A stretch of DNA of 64,000 nucleotides from an uncultured Bacteroidaceae bacterium (GCA_964426915.1 CAYRTD010000003.1:67-64066), one strand, 5' to 3'; shown: positions 1-10,894, numbered from the stretch's first letter. Program-made: numbers and translations. Notes: generated by a model from the sequence alone, not told the origin.

Positions 1-787
1 TAATTCCCAGATTTTGTCTCAGCCATAGGCCTAATACAAATTGATCCTGAATGATTCCTTCCATTCCGTAGCTGATCTGGCTGAAACTTTTTTGTTGCTG
101 ATATATAATATTTGGGGAAATCTGTACAACTTCCTTCCCTAATCTTCTTTCGTATATGGGAATAATACCTCCAGCGAATATCACCACTTTTCGGGGCAGT
201 CTTGCATCAGGATTGTTACTCACCGAAGGATTAGGTCTTAAAAGGTGCGAAGTTGAAACTCCCCCATAGAAATTATTATAAAAGGAAACAAAACCGACTG
301 CAAAATCCGGATAGGAGGTGTTCTGACTATATAATATGTCACTTGTGGGATTGCTTGCAATACCGGTTCTCGGATCAATCATATCTCCCAGTACCAATTC
401 TGAGGTACTAAGGTTTCTCTGAGAATAACTGGCTTCAATTCCGGCACTAACAGTAAGGCTCCGTGATACCTCTATATGATAGGAATAGAGTAGACCAAGA
501 TCAAACTGTTTCAATGCTCCGTTGCCCTGAACATCATTCATAAGGCGGATTCCAAATCCACCGTGCATGTGATCTATGTACTGATCATAGGATGCTGAAT
601 AGGTGAGGTAGTTTCCGCTGATAGATGGCCACTGATTTCTGTAGTTTATAAATAGTCTCCGCTTATCTTTTTCTATTCCTGTAAAACCGGGATTGAGATA
701 GATTCTGTTTGCGTAAAATTGCGAAAATGTGGGATCCTGGGCGAAAAGTCCGGTCTTTACTAATATGCATAATAGCAATATCCCCAC
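1..787 (-). CDS. PorP/SprF-family type IX secretion membrane protein (partial; 3' end runs off the window start)
   Basis: Absent from the ORF track because it is truncated by the window edge. My minus-strand translation is open from about 787 to 1 and reads ..GILLLCILVKTGLFAQDPTFSQFYANRIYLNPGFTGIEKDKRRLFINYRNQWPSISGNY..GGFGIRLMNDVQGNG.. The AQDPxFSQFYxNxxYLNPGFTG N-terminus is the hallmark of PorP/SprF proteins. There is no in-frame ATG; I assume a GTG at 787, so the start is uncertain. Confidence 0.7.
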   Translation of the reverse strand, partial: MGILLLCILVKTGLFAQDPTFSQFYANRIYLNPGFTGIEKDKRRLFINYRNQWPSISGNYLTYSASYDQYIDHMHGGFGIRLMNDVQGNGALKQFDLGLLYSYHIEVSRSLTVSAGIEASYSQRNLSTSELVLGDMIDPRTGIASNPTSDILYSQNTSYPDFAVGFVSFYNNFYGGVSTSHLLRPNPSVSNNPDARLPRKVVIFAGGIIPIYERRLGKEVVQISPNIIYQQQKSFSQISYGMEGIIQDQFVLGLWLRQNLGI

Positions 788-935
788 TAGTCTGTGGGAT
801 AAAAAATGTTTACAGGGCCTGTATTTTCCGGCTGTTATGATGACAATAAAAAATTGTTAAAGTCCGTTTATAAAACGTAAAAACTGGTTTTTTGTTATAT
901 CTTCATCCTTATTACATTAACTAATTTGAGAAATA

Positions 936-3900
936 ATGAGATTTCTTCCTGTAATCTTTCTATTCCTTTTTCAGGGTATAATTGGCCAGACAACTTATTT
1001 TACAAGGAATATCGAATGGGAGGTCCCCCTGACAAAGAATGTTTCAGGAAACTTTAAAGATATAACTTCATTTAAAAACTCTTATTATCAGGATATTAAA
1101 TCTTTATTTCCTTTATATTATAATAATATAGCTATTGAAGACAAAATTTCCGATTATTCTTTGTCTCTTATCCGCACTGAAACACAAGTGATTTCCCGGG
1201 ATCATCTGCCAGCTTATTTTACCGATGAATTGACGGATAATTTTGAATTAAAGTCCTACAGTTCCATTGAAAATGGGAAGAATATAATTCAATATACAAT
1301 TTTTCCTTTCCGGTTAAATCCTTTGACTGGTAAAACGGAACGGCTTCTTTCTTTTGCTCTTCAACTGGATGTTACTGAAAAGTTGCAAGCCGCAGAAAAA
1401 GGAATGCGGAAATCCCATAAGATCATTAATTCTCCTCTGGCCACCGGAGATTGGTATAAAATAAGGGTTGAACAGGAAGGTATTCATAAAATCACTTATA
1501 GTGATATTAGCGGACTCGGAATTGCCAATCCGGATAATGTCAGAATTTACGGATGGGGAGGAAGACGCCTGCCGGAAGATTCCCGGGAAGGAATTCAGCA
1601 CGAATTTGTTGAAATTCCCGTATTCATGGACCGTGGTGATGATGGAATATTCAACAATAATGATTACCTGCTTTTTTATGCTCTCGGCACTGTAAGCTGG
1701 AAGTATGATGAAGGGGATGACTATTTCTCTCACGAAAAGAATCCTTACTCTGATTATGGTTTCTATTTCCTCACCTCAGGAGAAAGTCCGGCTCCTGTGC
1801 CCGTCGATGCTAATGTTCCGGAAGAATCTCCCGATTACATAACTGACAGTTATGATGCACTGGATTATCATGAGAAAGATGAAGTGAACCTTATTAAATC
1901 AGGAAAGGAATGGTATGGAGAGATCTTTGACATTACCAATGAGAGAACCTTTTCCTTCAGCGTTCCAAACCTGGAAGCTTCATCTCCTGTCAGGCTGAAA
2001 ACGAACCTTCTGGGCCGTGCAAAAGATTCCAGCAGTTTCATGGTATATGCAAATAACAAAATACTCGATACCGCAGCCATTAGATACACAAGCATTGGTG
2101 ATTATACGGCAAGGCATGCCTTCACCAGCTCCGGGATTTACTCTTTCTTTTCTTCGAATAGTACTTTTAATATTAAGCTTAGATATCTCAAGCCCGATCC
2201 AACAGCAATGGGGTGGCTCGATTATCTTTCGGTGAATGCCCGGGCTCAGTTAAAACTAACCGAAAATCAATTGCTTTTCAGGGATAAGTTTAGCTTGAAT
2301 TCTTTCGTAACCGAATATAAGCTTAAAGATGCTTCCACATCAACACAGGTCTGGGATATCTCAAACTACCCTGTTGTCCGGAATGTTCCCGGAACTCTCA
2401 CTGGGAACTTATTTTCTTTTAAGTCGGATGGAGGTGAGATCCGTGAATTTATTGCTTTTAATCCTGCCGGGAATTTTCCCGGAGTAAGATTCGATAGTGA
2501 AGGCCTTGGCAGGATTGATAATCAAAATCTTATGGGTAGCGGACACCCCGATATGGTGATTATCAGTTATGAAGACTTTTTGCCTTCTGCCAAAAAATTA
2601 GCTGAATTTCGAACCTTAAATAATGAACTGGATGTGCTGGTCACAACTCCTCAAAAAATTTATAATGAATTTTCATCCGGCAGGCCGGATATAACTGCAA
2701 TCAGGAATTTTATGCAATACCTTTACCTGGGAGCAGGAGATGATGATGATCTGAAACCGCAATACCTTCTTTTATTCGGAGATGGATCCTATATTTTCAA
2801 AAGTGATAATCCGAATGACGGAAATTTTGTGCCTGCATATCAGTCGGATGAAAGTCTTTCTCCCATTTCCTCATTCGTTACGGATGATTTTTACGGTCTT
2901 CTGGATGAGGGTGAAAATATCTACAGTGGATTACTTGATATTGGTATCGGCCGCTTGCCGGTTACAAATACAGAGGAAGCTGAGGCCATGACAGAGAAGA
3001 TTATCCGTTATGAGTCTCCCGATCGACAAGGAGAATGGAGAAATACAATCGTTTTTGTCGGAGATGATGAGGATAATAATCTTCACTTTAATCAGGCTGA
3101 TGGATTGGCCAGGTATGTTGAGAATAATTACCCTGCTTTCAATGTTAACAAGATCTATCTTGATGCCTATCAGCAGGTATCAACCCCGGTGGGTCAGCGT
3201 TATCCCGAGGTAAATAAAGCGATCAATAACCAGGTAAACAAGGGTGCTCTTATTTTGAATTATACAGGGCATGGCGGCACCAAAGGTCTTGCTGATGAGA
3301 GAATTCTGGAATTAAATGATATTCAGTCATGGGAAAATGAGGGACAGTTACCACTTTTTATGACTGCTACCTGTGAATTCAGCCGGTTCGACGATCCTGG
3401 CCGGGTTTCCGCCGGTGAGAAGGTTATTCTAAGTGCCAGAGGTGGCGGAATAGCATTGCTGACAACCACAAGACTTGTCTATGCCGGTCCGAATCATGTT
3501 CTGAATGAAAAATTTTATGAAATTGTTTTCGAAAAAAATGAGAAGGGTAAAAATTATTGTCTCGGGGAGATAATGAAATATAGTAAAAATAATGCCGGTG
3601 TAGGTATTAATAAAAGAAACTTCACTCTTCTTGGGGATCCTGCAATGAGGCTTACTTATCCATTTCATAATATTGTGGCCGATTCGGTTAATCAAAAGGA
3701 GGTGGAATCCGGTGCAGATACATTAAAGGCGCTCTCAACTGTTACTATCAGTGGTCATGTTGAGAATGCTGCAGGGGATCTCCTGGATTCATTTAACGGG
3801 TTCATTTACCCCACTGTTTACGACAAACCCAATGAGCAAACAACACTTGCCAATGATGGTGGAAGTAAAAAGACCTTTAAAGTAAGGAACAGTTTACTAT

Positions 3901-4742
3901 ATAGAGGCAAGGCAACAATCGACAATGGGTATTTTGAATTTAGCTTTATAGTTCCGAAGGATATTAATTATTCCTATGGATCTGGTAAGATTAGTTTTTA
4001 TGCATCCGACAGTATGACAGATGCCTCTGGTGCATATATGGATTTCCTGGTTGGGGGATCCTCTCAGGAAATAATTGCTGATTCTGAAGGTCCAGAGTTG
4101 AAGGTTTATATGAATAACAACTTTTTTACAGCGGGAGGAATAACCGATAAAAGCCCGGTGCTTTTTGTGGAAGTATTTGATGAACATGGTATAAATACAA
4201 CCGGAAATGGCATCGGTCATGACATTACCGCCATATTGAACGGAGATTCTCAGAACAGCATTGTTCTTAATGAATACTACCAGGCTGATCTTAACAGCTA
4301 TCAGAGTGGAACTATTACTTATCCTCTCAGCGGGCTTGAAGAAGGGCGTCACGTTATTGATGTTAAGGTATGGGATATTTTTAATAATTCATCCACAGGA
4401 TCAACAGAATTTGTTGTGGTGAATTCTCAGGATATGCTGCTGGAGAATCTTATGAATTATCCGAATCCCTTTAAAGAAAATACTTACTTTAGTTTCGAGC
4501 ATAATAAGTCTGATCAGGATCTTGATATTACTATTGATATTTTTGATATGAGCGGTGCTCTGGTTCGTACCATAAAAGCAAAAGAATTTGGATCCGGTTT
4601 CAGATCCCAGCCGGTTTACTGGAACGGAAAGAACGAAGCTGGTAATCACAGCAGACAAGGGACTTATCTTTACCGGATAAGGGTCGTCAGTTCAGATGGG
4701 ACAGAAGCTGCCAGGAGCGGCAGATTAATTATATTACGATAA
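936..4742 (+). CDS. porU: T9SS C-terminal-signal peptidase/sortase PorU (gingipain C25-like)
   Basis: 1268 aa with signal peptide MRFLPVIFLFLFQGIIGQ. Contains C25-like catalytic His and Cys contexts (NYTGHGGTKG and LFMTATCEFSRFDD). The C-terminus looks like a T9SS sorting domain (NYPNPFKENTYFSF..IDIFDMSGALV..GTYLYRIRV). It lies immediately upstream of porV, the classic porU-porV pairing. Confidence 0.85.
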   Translation: MRFLPVIFLFLFQGIIGQTTYFTRNIEWEVPLTKNVSGNFKDITSFKNSYYQDIKSLFPLYYNNIAIEDKISDYSLSLIRTETQVISRDHLPAYFTDELTDNFELKSYSSIENGKNIIQYTIFPFRLNPLTGKTERLLSFALQLDVTEKLQAAEKGMRKSHKIINSPLATGDWYKIRVEQEGIHKITYSDISGLGIANPDNVRIYGWGGRRLPEDSREGIQHEFVEIPVFMDRGDDGIFNNNDYLLFYALGTVSWKYDEGDDYFSHEKNPYSDYGFYFLTSGESPAPVPVDANVPEESPDYITDSYDALDYHEKDEVNLIKSGKEWYGEIFDITNERTFSFSVPNLEASSPVRLKTNLLGRAKDSSSFMVYANNKILDTAAIRYTSIGDYTARHAFTSSGIYSFFSSNSTFNIKLRYLKPDPTAMGWLDYLSVNARAQLKLTENQLLFRDKFSLNSFVTEYKLKDASTSTQVWDISNYPVVRNVPGTLTGNLFSFKSDGGEIREFIAFNPAGNFPGVRFDSEGLGRIDNQNLMGSGHPDMVIISYEDFLPSAKKLAEFRTLNNELDVLVTTPQKIYNEFSSGRPDITAIRNFMQYLYLGAGDDDDLKPQYLLLFGDGSYIFKSDNPNDGNFVPAYQSDESLSPISSFVTDDFYGLLDEGENIYSGLLDIGIGRLPVTNTEEAEAMTEKIIRYESPDRQGEWRNTIVFVGDDEDNNLHFNQADGLARYVENNYPAFNVNKIYLDAYQQVSTPVGQRYPEVNKAINNQVNKGALILNYTGHGGTKGLADERILELNDIQSWENEGQLPLFMTATCEFSRFDDPGRVSAGEKVILSARGGGIALLTTTRLVYAGPNHVLNEKFYEIVFEKNEKGKNYCLGEIMKYSKNNAGVGINKRNFTLLGDPAMRLTYPFHNIVADSVNQKEVESGADTLKALSTVTISGHVENAAGDLLDSFNGFIYPTVYDKPNEQTTLANDGGSKKTFKVRNSLLYRGKATIDNGYFEFSFIVPKDINYSYGSGKISFYASDSMTDASGAYMDFLVGGSSQEIIADSEGPELKVYMNNNFFTAGGITDKSPVLFVEVFDEHGINTTGNGIGHDITAILNGDSQNSIVLNEYYQADLNSYQSGTITYPLSGLEEGRHVIDVKVWDIFNNSSTGSTEFVVVNSQDMLLENLMNYPNPFKENTYFSFEHNKSDQDLDITIDIFDMSGALVRTIKAKEFGSGFRSQPVYWNGKNEAGNHSRQGTYLYRIRVVSSDGTEAARSGRLIILR

Positions 4743-4783
4743 AATATAATTTTTATGATCATTTTGAGTTATTAGTTTATTAG

Positions 4784-4809
4784 TCGGATAGGCAATCCGG
4801 TTGTTTTTT
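4784..4809 (+). terminator. Weak hairpin plus T-run downstream of porU
   Basis: tcggat-aggca-atccgg stem followed by ttgtttttt. The stem is short, so this may be only an attenuator between porU and porV. Confidence 0.3.
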
Positions 4810-4897
4810 AGAATTTATTACCATTCAATCAATTAGTAATCATATAAGTATAGTTAACTATCATTGTTTAAAAGACAGCATGTATCTATTTTTCTAT

Positions 4898-4905
4898 TAT
4901 ATTTG
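4898..4905 (+). promoter_or_regulatory. Bacteroidota-type -7 promoter box (TAnnTTTG) upstream of porV
   Basis: TATATTTG lies 24 nt upstream of the porV ATG. It matches the Bacteroidetes sigma-A -7 consensus TAnnTTTG. I found no clear -33 element. Confidence 0.35.
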
Positions 4906-4928
4906 CGGTCATTAAAAAAATAAAAAGA

Positions 4929-6140
4929 ATGTTGTTTAATTTGAATTCGAAGAAAGTTCTTGTCCTGTTATTTTTTGTAGGATTAATAACATCGGCCTCA
5001 TTCGCCCAGATAACTACAGGGGATTTGACCGGGCAGATGAATGTTATTCAGTCGGCGGTTCCTTTTTTAACCATCGCTCCCGATTCCCGATCTGGTGCTA
5101 TGGGTGATGTTGGTGCCGCCACAGCTCCGGATATTAATTCTCAGCACTGGAATCCTGCGAAATATGTTTTTATGGAAGGCCAGGGGGGAGCCGCACTGTC
5201 TTATACTCCTTGGTTAAGACGATTGATCCCGGATATTAATCTTGCTTATTTGGTCGCTTATAAAAAACTTGACGGACTACAGGCTGTTTCTGCATCACTG
5301 AGATATTTTTCGCTGGGTAATATTGTTTTTACCAATATATTCGGAACCCCTCAGGGAGAATTTAATCCCAATGAATTTGCTATTGACCTCGGATATTCCC
5401 GTTTGTTTTCTGATAATTTTTCAGGTGCTATAGTGTTCCGTTTCATACGTTCAGATCTTACCGGAGGAAAATATGTGGGAGATATTGATTCCAAAGCCGG
5501 GATTGCTGTGGCTTCCGATATCGCTTTTTATTATACCAATGATATTGACCTTGGAGTTAATGATGGTCGATTATCTTTTGGGACCAATATATCCAACATG
5601 GGAAATAAAATCTCCTATACAGAGACCCAGGAGCCTGCATTTTTGCCTATTAACTGGAGATTGGGTGGAAATCTTGATCTTGAGATCGATGACTATAACT
5701 CGTTCTCTTTCGCTCTTGACCTGAACAAACTTCTGGTCCCTACACCCCCTATATACAGCGACACAGCTGACATGGTACTTCGGGGAATGGATCCTAACGT
5801 TTCTGTGCCATTAGGTATGTTACAATCTTTCTATGACGCTCCCGGCTATGAACTTGATGACGGTACCTACAGCGTTTTCAGGGAGGAATTGGCTGAAATA
5901 ACCTACAGTCTTGGTGTTGAATACTGGTACAGAGAACAGTTCGCCATAAGGGGAGGCTATTTTCATGAACACCGGAATAAAGGGAATAGAAAGTATTTTT
6001 CTCTGGGTGTAGGATTGAAGCTAAACGTATTCGAACTGGATTTTGCCTACCTGATCCCCACCTATCCAAACAATCCTCTGGCAAATACCCTGAGGTTTAC
6101 ACTCGGTTTTGATTTTGATAAATACCGGGCTTCAAATTAA
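4929..6140 (+). CDS. porV: T9SS outer-membrane shuttle/channel protein PorV (LptO)
   Basis: 403 aa with a signal peptide. Carries the conserved PorV N-terminal block [25 protein letters not shown] and has a beta-barrel-like alternating pattern ending in an aromatic-rich C-terminus. Adjacent to porU. Confidence 0.85.
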   Translation: MLFNLNSKKVLVLLFFVGLITSASFAQITTGDLTGQMNVIQSAVPFLTIAPDSRSGAMGDVGAATAPDINSQHWNPAKYVFMEGQGGAALSYTPWLRRLIPDINLAYLVAYKKLDGLQAVSASLRYFSLGNIVFTNIFGTPQGEFNPNEFAIDLGYSRLFSDNFSGAIVFRFIRSDLTGGKYVGDIDSKAGIAVASDIAFYYTNDIDLGVNDGRLSFGTNISNMGNKISYTETQEPAFLPINWRLGGNLDLEIDDYNSFSFALDLNKLLVPTPPIYSDTADMVLRGMDPNVSVPLGMLQSFYDAPGYELDDGTYSVFREELAEITYSLGVEYWYREQFAIRGGYFHEHRNKGNRKYFSLGVGLKLNVFELDFAYLIPTYPNNPLANTLRFTLGFDFDKYRASN

Positions 6141-6169
6141 ATCTGGCTGAGTCCGGAAAATTTCTTATA

Positions 6170-6649
6170 ATGAGCTTTCGTATAGGCCATGGTTACGACG
6201 TTCACACTCTGAAAATAGGACTCCCATTATTTCTGGGGGGGATAAAGATACCTTATTCCCATGGACTGGTGGGGCATTCAGATGCCGATGTACTGCTGCA
6301 TGCAATATGTGATGCACTCCTTGGAGCATTGGCTCTTGGAGATATTGGTAAACATTTTCCGGATACTTCAGAAGAATTTAAGAGAATTGATAGTAAAATC
6401 CTTTTAAAAAAGACCTGTGATCTAATAAATGCCAAAGGTTATGAACTAGTTAACCTTGATGCCACGGTCATCCTTGAACGTCCCAAACTGAGACCATATA
6501 TCCGCGAGATGCAACAAACAATTGCGGGTATACTGGAGACTGAACCGGAAAACATATCCATTAAAGCAACGACAACCGAAAAGCTTGGATTTACCGGTCG
6601 TGAAGAAGGAGTGGCTGCTGAAGCAGTAGTTCTTGTCAGATACCGGTGA
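6170..6649 (+). CDS. ispF: 2-C-methyl-D-erythritol 2,4-cyclodiphosphate synthase
   Basis: 159 aa with motifs [28 protein letters not shown] and [10 protein letters not shown], all typical of IspF. Confidence 0.95.
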   Translation: MSFRIGHGYDVHTLKIGLPLFLGGIKIPYSHGLVGHSDADVLLHAICDALLGALALGDIGKHFPDTSEEFKRIDSKILLKKTCDLINAKGYELVNLDATVILERPKLRPYIREMQQTIAGILETEPENISIKATTTEKLGFTGREEGVAAEAVVLVRYR

Positions 6650-6681
6650 GATAAAGATGTTATTATTTTTCTGCTGAGGTT

Positions 6682-8619
6682 TTAATCAATGTTTATTTCC
6701 GGAAACTCCAGAAGTCTCTTTTTAATTGTTTCTTCCAGAAAGTATATTTCTTCCTTCAAACTATCGTTGTTTTCCATAAATGCACTGAACCTGACAAGTG
6801 AAAGAATGGATTGATAATATTTTAGAGTCTGAATGTCATAGGGATCTTCGTCTGAGATCTGTGTTTTCAAAATATTCTCTTTGAGTTCTTCAAAATACCT
6901 TCTAAAGGCCTCTTTTGCCAAATCGGATTTGTCAGTGGTGTAAAGATTGTCGATGAGAAAAAGATAGTAATAGTTTATCCCTGTACTTTCCGGTGGGTAT
7001 TTATTAATGAAATCAATTATAAGTTCATCCGTTTTATCATGATTACCCATACTCTCATTATGGTAGATCTGAATAAAGCTTGCTTCGAGTATCAGGTTGA
7101 AAATAATGACTCTGCTAAAATATTCTGTATCCGGGATCTCTAGTGTTGTTTTTCTTATCAGGGTATTAAGAGCACCGGTGTCAAAATAATTGTTTTCAAA
7201 TAATACAGCCTGATGATTTTTCTTTTCAATACAATAGTAAAGTCCTTTATCTATAAGGTGATTTACATCTATCATTGACTTAAACCGTGGCTGCATGCCC
7301 TTGCTGAAATACAGCGGACGTTTTCCAATCTGAGCATTGATTATGCTTCTGACAAGAAATTCTGAGGTAGACTGAACGTTGCCCCTGTTGCCGCTACTTA
7401 ATCTCAGGGTGTCAAACAGACCCTCACCGGTGAGATAATCTATATTATAATCTCCATTTGGGATGGTTATTACCGGATTATCTCCTCTAAGCTCCTCAGT
7501 CACGAAAGACGATTCCCGATCAAAAGACAATGACCGGGGGGCATTATCATCAATAAGAATAGTCTTCTTTTCAAGCAAGAATATTTGTTCTTTAGTAAAA
7601 CTGCTTTCCAGTTTATTATCCAAATTGCTATCGTCGGTAATAAGATGGTAATATAAGGGATCGCTCAGGAGTGAAAGATTTATGATCCTGATGTCCTGCC
7701 GGAAATTCTTAATTTCCTGCATCCATAAAAGAGGATAAGTATCATTATCTCCGTTGGTAAATAATATGCCATTTTTTTTCAGAGGTGAAAGGATCTCCCG
7801 GGCATATTTTTCCCAGAATGGCTGGTATAAATGCTGAACATTATGTTCTTCAAGTAATTTCTCCGCTTCTCTTCGGAAACCAAATATGTTCAATTCGAAA
7901 TAATGGTTCATTACTTCATTGGCATATTTTAAATCCATCAGGCCTATAAGGGTTCGGTAACCGGGTGACCTTTCGTACAGGATATGCAAATATCTCAATG
8001 AATTTTCTGCATATTCCAGATATAATTTTGCATCTCTTCTTTCCGCCTGTGTTCCTCTGGCCTGGGATGGATCAGAGTAATGAGAATGTGACCAGAGAAT
8101 ATCGGATGCTTTTTGTGCATAGGCGCGTGCCAGGCCATATAATTCATTGTCGGAAAGAATGGCAGTTTCTTTATTCTCAAGATGAATGATTACATCATCT
8201 GTCCAGCCCTGGTATCCATAAAAGGGATGGGTTGTAAAATCGTAAAGATCCCGGTTGGAAATTAATTCTGTTATAAATACTTCTTTGCTGTTTTTTCCCG
8301 GATCAATATTGGAAGGATAATAATCTGTTGCAGACCAAATCAGGATAGGGTTTTCATTTTTATGTGAAAAATACAACGGCAGAACATGCCAGCCATTTGG
8401 ATCACGGATAAAATTAAAACGGTAAAAATTTTCATTACGATAAGTGTTCAGTTCAAAATTCTGAGCAAATACATTTGCTATCTCTTCCAGATCCGGATAG
8501 GTAAAAGGTTCGGGTTGGTCATTATCCCGGGCCAGCGAAATGAAGGGTAACAATAATAATAGAATAAACCAGGGACATTTTCTTCGTTCCAGATATGATA
8601 ATGTGTGTTTAATGATCAT
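6682..8619 (-). CDS. Hypothetical secreted protein (645 aa)
   Basis: Long uninterrupted ORF with an N-terminal hydrophobic signal (CPWFILLLLLPFISLA). I recognised no catalytic motif. The block ILFTNGDNDTYPLLWMQEIKNFRQDIRIINLSLL resembles, from memory, the soluble domain of DUF2723-type Bacteroidota proteins. Confidence 0.6.
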   Translation of the reverse strand: MIIKHTLSYLERRKCPWFILLLLLPFISLARDNDQPEPFTYPDLEEIANVFAQNFELNTYRNENFYRFNFIRDPNGWHVLPLYFSHKNENPILIWSATDYYPSNIDPGKNSKEVFITELISNRDLYDFTTHPFYGYQGWTDDVIIHLENKETAILSDNELYGLARAYAQKASDILWSHSHYSDPSQARGTQAERRDAKLYLEYAENSLRYLHILYERSPGYRTLIGLMDLKYANEVMNHYFELNIFGFRREAEKLLEEHNVQHLYQPFWEKYAREILSPLKKNGILFTNGDNDTYPLLWMQEIKNFRQDIRIINLSLLSDPLYYHLITDDSNLDNKLESSFTKEQIFLLEKKTILIDDNAPRSLSFDRESSFVTEELRGDNPVITIPNGDYNIDYLTGEGLFDTLRLSSGNRGNVQSTSEFLVRSIINAQIGKRPLYFSKGMQPRFKSMIDVNHLIDKGLYYCIEKKNHQAVLFENNYFDTGALNTLIRKTTLEIPDTEYFSRVIIFNLILEASFIQIYHNESMGNHDKTDELIIDFINKYPPESTGINYYYLFLIDNLYTTDKSDLAKEAFRRYFEELKENILKTQISDEDPYDIQTLKYYQSILSLVRFSAFMENNDSLKEEIYFLEETIKKRLLEFPEINID

Positions 8620-8884
8620 CTTATAATAAAGGTCGTGGAAAAATCGTTTATTTTATCTTAAATAATTAACTTAATATCCTTAAATTATAGTATATTGAAT
8701 AGCCTCATTATTCTAAACCCGAACAGGAAAAAAGTATGCATTTTCTTTTTACAGGAACAGGTATATTTTCATAAATAAATTGACCAGTCCTGGCTGCTTG
8801 AATTATAATTCTTGTTTATTTTAAGCAAGTCAATATACAAAACTAATTTTGTATATATACTGTGTACCTGCTGAATTATCATAA

Positions 8885-10312
8885 TTGGCAATATTGAATT
8901 TAAACATGAGTATTCACATGATAAAACTAATTGTAAACTTTGTTACAATAATTGGACTGTCGTGCTTTAGCCTGATGGCCCAAAATTATGAGCTGAAGAT
9001 AGAGGTAAGGGATTATCCCGGTGAGAAAGTTTATCTTGCATTGATCCAGGGAGATGATGTTGTTCCTATGGATTCTGCTGTGGTATCCGGAGACCATTTT
9101 GTTTTTTCACTGGAAGAGAATAGTGTCCCTGGAATGTACAGAGTCGTTTTTCCCTTAACTCAAAATAATCAGGGGAGAAGAGACCCCCTTTTGCTTGATA
9201 TAATTTTCAATCAGGAGGATATTGAACTTATAACCAGTTATCCACAAGTTTCCAATGAAGTTGAAGTAATAAACTCTGAAGAAAACAAAAAGTACTTTCG
9301 ATTTTTGAAGCTTGAATCCGATTACCGGAAGCATCTTGCGCTATTGTTTCCCCTGGCAGAATTGTATGACACTTCAGATTCTTTTTTTGAAGCTCTTCAT
9401 CAGGAATTGATATATATTCAGAAGGATTACAATAATTCTCTTGTAAAATTGGCAAATACAGATCCGGATATGCTGGTTTCTTCTATAATAAGCCTCCATA
9501 TGGAACCGGTTTACGATCCTCTGATAAACGGAGACCCTATAACATTTATGAAAGATAATTACCTTAGACCTGTGAGCTTTAATGATGGGCGCCTCATTAA
9601 CACTAAGTATTTATCACAGAAAATTATTTCATATTTAAGTTTTTACCGTCAGGATAATTCTTCATCTAAAAGGGAACAGGAAGAATCTTTTATTGAGGCT
9701 GTCGATAAAATTATGCAGGAGGTCAGTTATAATGAAAAGATATATGATTTCGTACTTAATTATCTGATCGATGGATTCGAAAAATTCCAGATGGAAGAAG
9801 TGTTGGTTCATATTGCTGAAAATCATTTGGATGGGGAGTGTAAAACTGAAAGTGAGGAAATTGTGAAAGAAAGACTGGAGGCCTATAAACGTATGGCCCA
9901 TGGTAATAAAGTGCCTGACATTAACCTGCTTGATCCCTTTGATATTCCCTATCGACTCTCATCCATAGAAGAGCAGATGATTTTACTCGTTTTCTGGTCA
10001 ACTGAATGTCCACATTGTACGAATTTGATGCCTCGCCTGGATAAATGGTATACAAATGAGAATAATGATAAAAGGCTTGAAATTTATACGGTTTCTATTG
10101 ATAAAAGCAGGGCAGACTGGGAAGAGTATATTCTTATGACTGAACCCGGAGGGATACATGTTTATGATCCTGAGGGCTGGGAGAGCAAAACATCACAAAG
10201 ATACAATCTATATGCCACTCCTACCATGTTTCTCCTGGATGAAGAATTGCGAATCCTTGACAAGCCTGTAACTTTCAGAGATTTTAAAAGCGCATTTGAA
10301 AAGTTTAGATAG
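8885..10312 (+). CDS. TlpA-like thiol:disulfide oxidoreductase (thioredoxin fold, AhpC/TSA family) with a long N-terminal domain
   Basis: 475 aa. The C-terminal thioredoxin-fold domain carries the CxxC motif VFWSTECPHCTNLMPRL. The signal-like segment MIKLIVNFVTIIGLSCFSLMAQ suggests the real start may be the ATG at 8918 rather than the TTG at 8885. Confidence 0.8.
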   Translation: MAILNLNMSIHMIKLIVNFVTIIGLSCFSLMAQNYELKIEVRDYPGEKVYLALIQGDDVVPMDSAVVSGDHFVFSLEENSVPGMYRVVFPLTQNNQGRRDPLLLDIIFNQEDIELITSYPQVSNEVEVINSEENKKYFRFLKLESDYRKHLALLFPLAELYDTSDSFFEALHQELIYIQKDYNNSLVKLANTDPDMLVSSIISLHMEPVYDPLINGDPITFMKDNYLRPVSFNDGRLINTKYLSQKIISYLSFYRQDNSSSKREQEESFIEAVDKIMQEVSYNEKIYDFVLNYLIDGFEKFQMEEVLVHIAENHLDGECKTESEEIVKERLEAYKRMAHGNKVPDINLLDPFDIPYRLSSIEEQMILLVFWSTECPHCTNLMPRLDKWYTNENNDKRLEIYTVSIDKSRADWEEYILMTEPGGIHVYDPEGWESKTSQRYNLYATPTMFLLDEELRILDKPVTFRDFKSAFEKFR

Positions 10313-10334
10313 TGTCCGTCAATAAAGTCGGGTG

Positions 10335-10380
10335 GAGTCCGGGTAGAGCGGCGAAGTAATGAGCCACTCTACCCGGACTC
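10335..10380. terminator. GC-rich perfect 14-bp hairpin between convergent genes (candidate bidirectional terminator or repeat unit)
   Basis: GAGTCCGGGTAGAG (10335-10348) and CTCTACCCGGACTC (10367-10380) are exact reverse complements with an 18-nt loop. The hairpin sits between the TlpA-like gene (+) and the DoxX gene (-). No clean T-run follows on either strand. Confidence 0.45.
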
Positions 10381-10431
10381 AAAATTAAGGGGGATTGTTA
10401 ATTTATTCCCTTTTCGGAGCTGATTCAAAAA

Positions 10432-10866
10432 TTATCTTTTGTTTTTACTAATCAGATGGTCCAGGCTTATTTTCCCCGATCCGTAAACCATTAGAGTAAA
10501 TAACATAAGGAAGTAATACAAAGGAATTTCAAATCCGTTATTTCCTGCTGCAAAGCCATTACCGATGTGGACTGTGAAAATTGCAACCAGCATAACTATC
10601 ATCAGTGGTATACTTATAAACCTTGTTCCGAATCCGATGAATAACAGAATTGCACCCAGAAATTCGGTAATTCCCGCCAAATATGCATTTATCAGCGGTA
10701 AAGGATAATTCATGCTGGCAAACCATTCAGCAGTACCGCCGAAATCTTTAATTTTATTAAGTCCGGGTTGAAAAAAGCCATAAGCAAGAATTAGCCGTAA
10801 AAAGAGGAGTGGTAGATCCCTTATTTGCTCAACTTTACGAGCGAAATTTTGATAAACGGTACTCAT
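10432..10866 (-). CDS. DoxX-family integral membrane protein (bufD-like position in the MNIO operon)
   Basis: Four predicted TM helices with a DoxX-like pattern (LPLLFLRLILAYGFFQPGLNKI..). The track ORF extends to 10983, but that extension overlaps the upstream gene. The ATG at 10866 (MSTVYQNF..) gives a typical 144-aa DoxX protein. Confidence 0.8.
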   Translation of the reverse strand: MSTVYQNFARKVEQIRDLPLLFLRLILAYGFFQPGLNKIKDFGGTAEWFASMNYPLPLINAYLAGITEFLGAILLFIGFGTRFISIPLMIVMLVAIFTVHIGNGFAAGNNGFEIPLYYFLMLFTLMVYGSGKISLDHLISKNKR

Positions 10867-10894
10867 AATATTTGTTTTTAAGTTTAAAGATATA

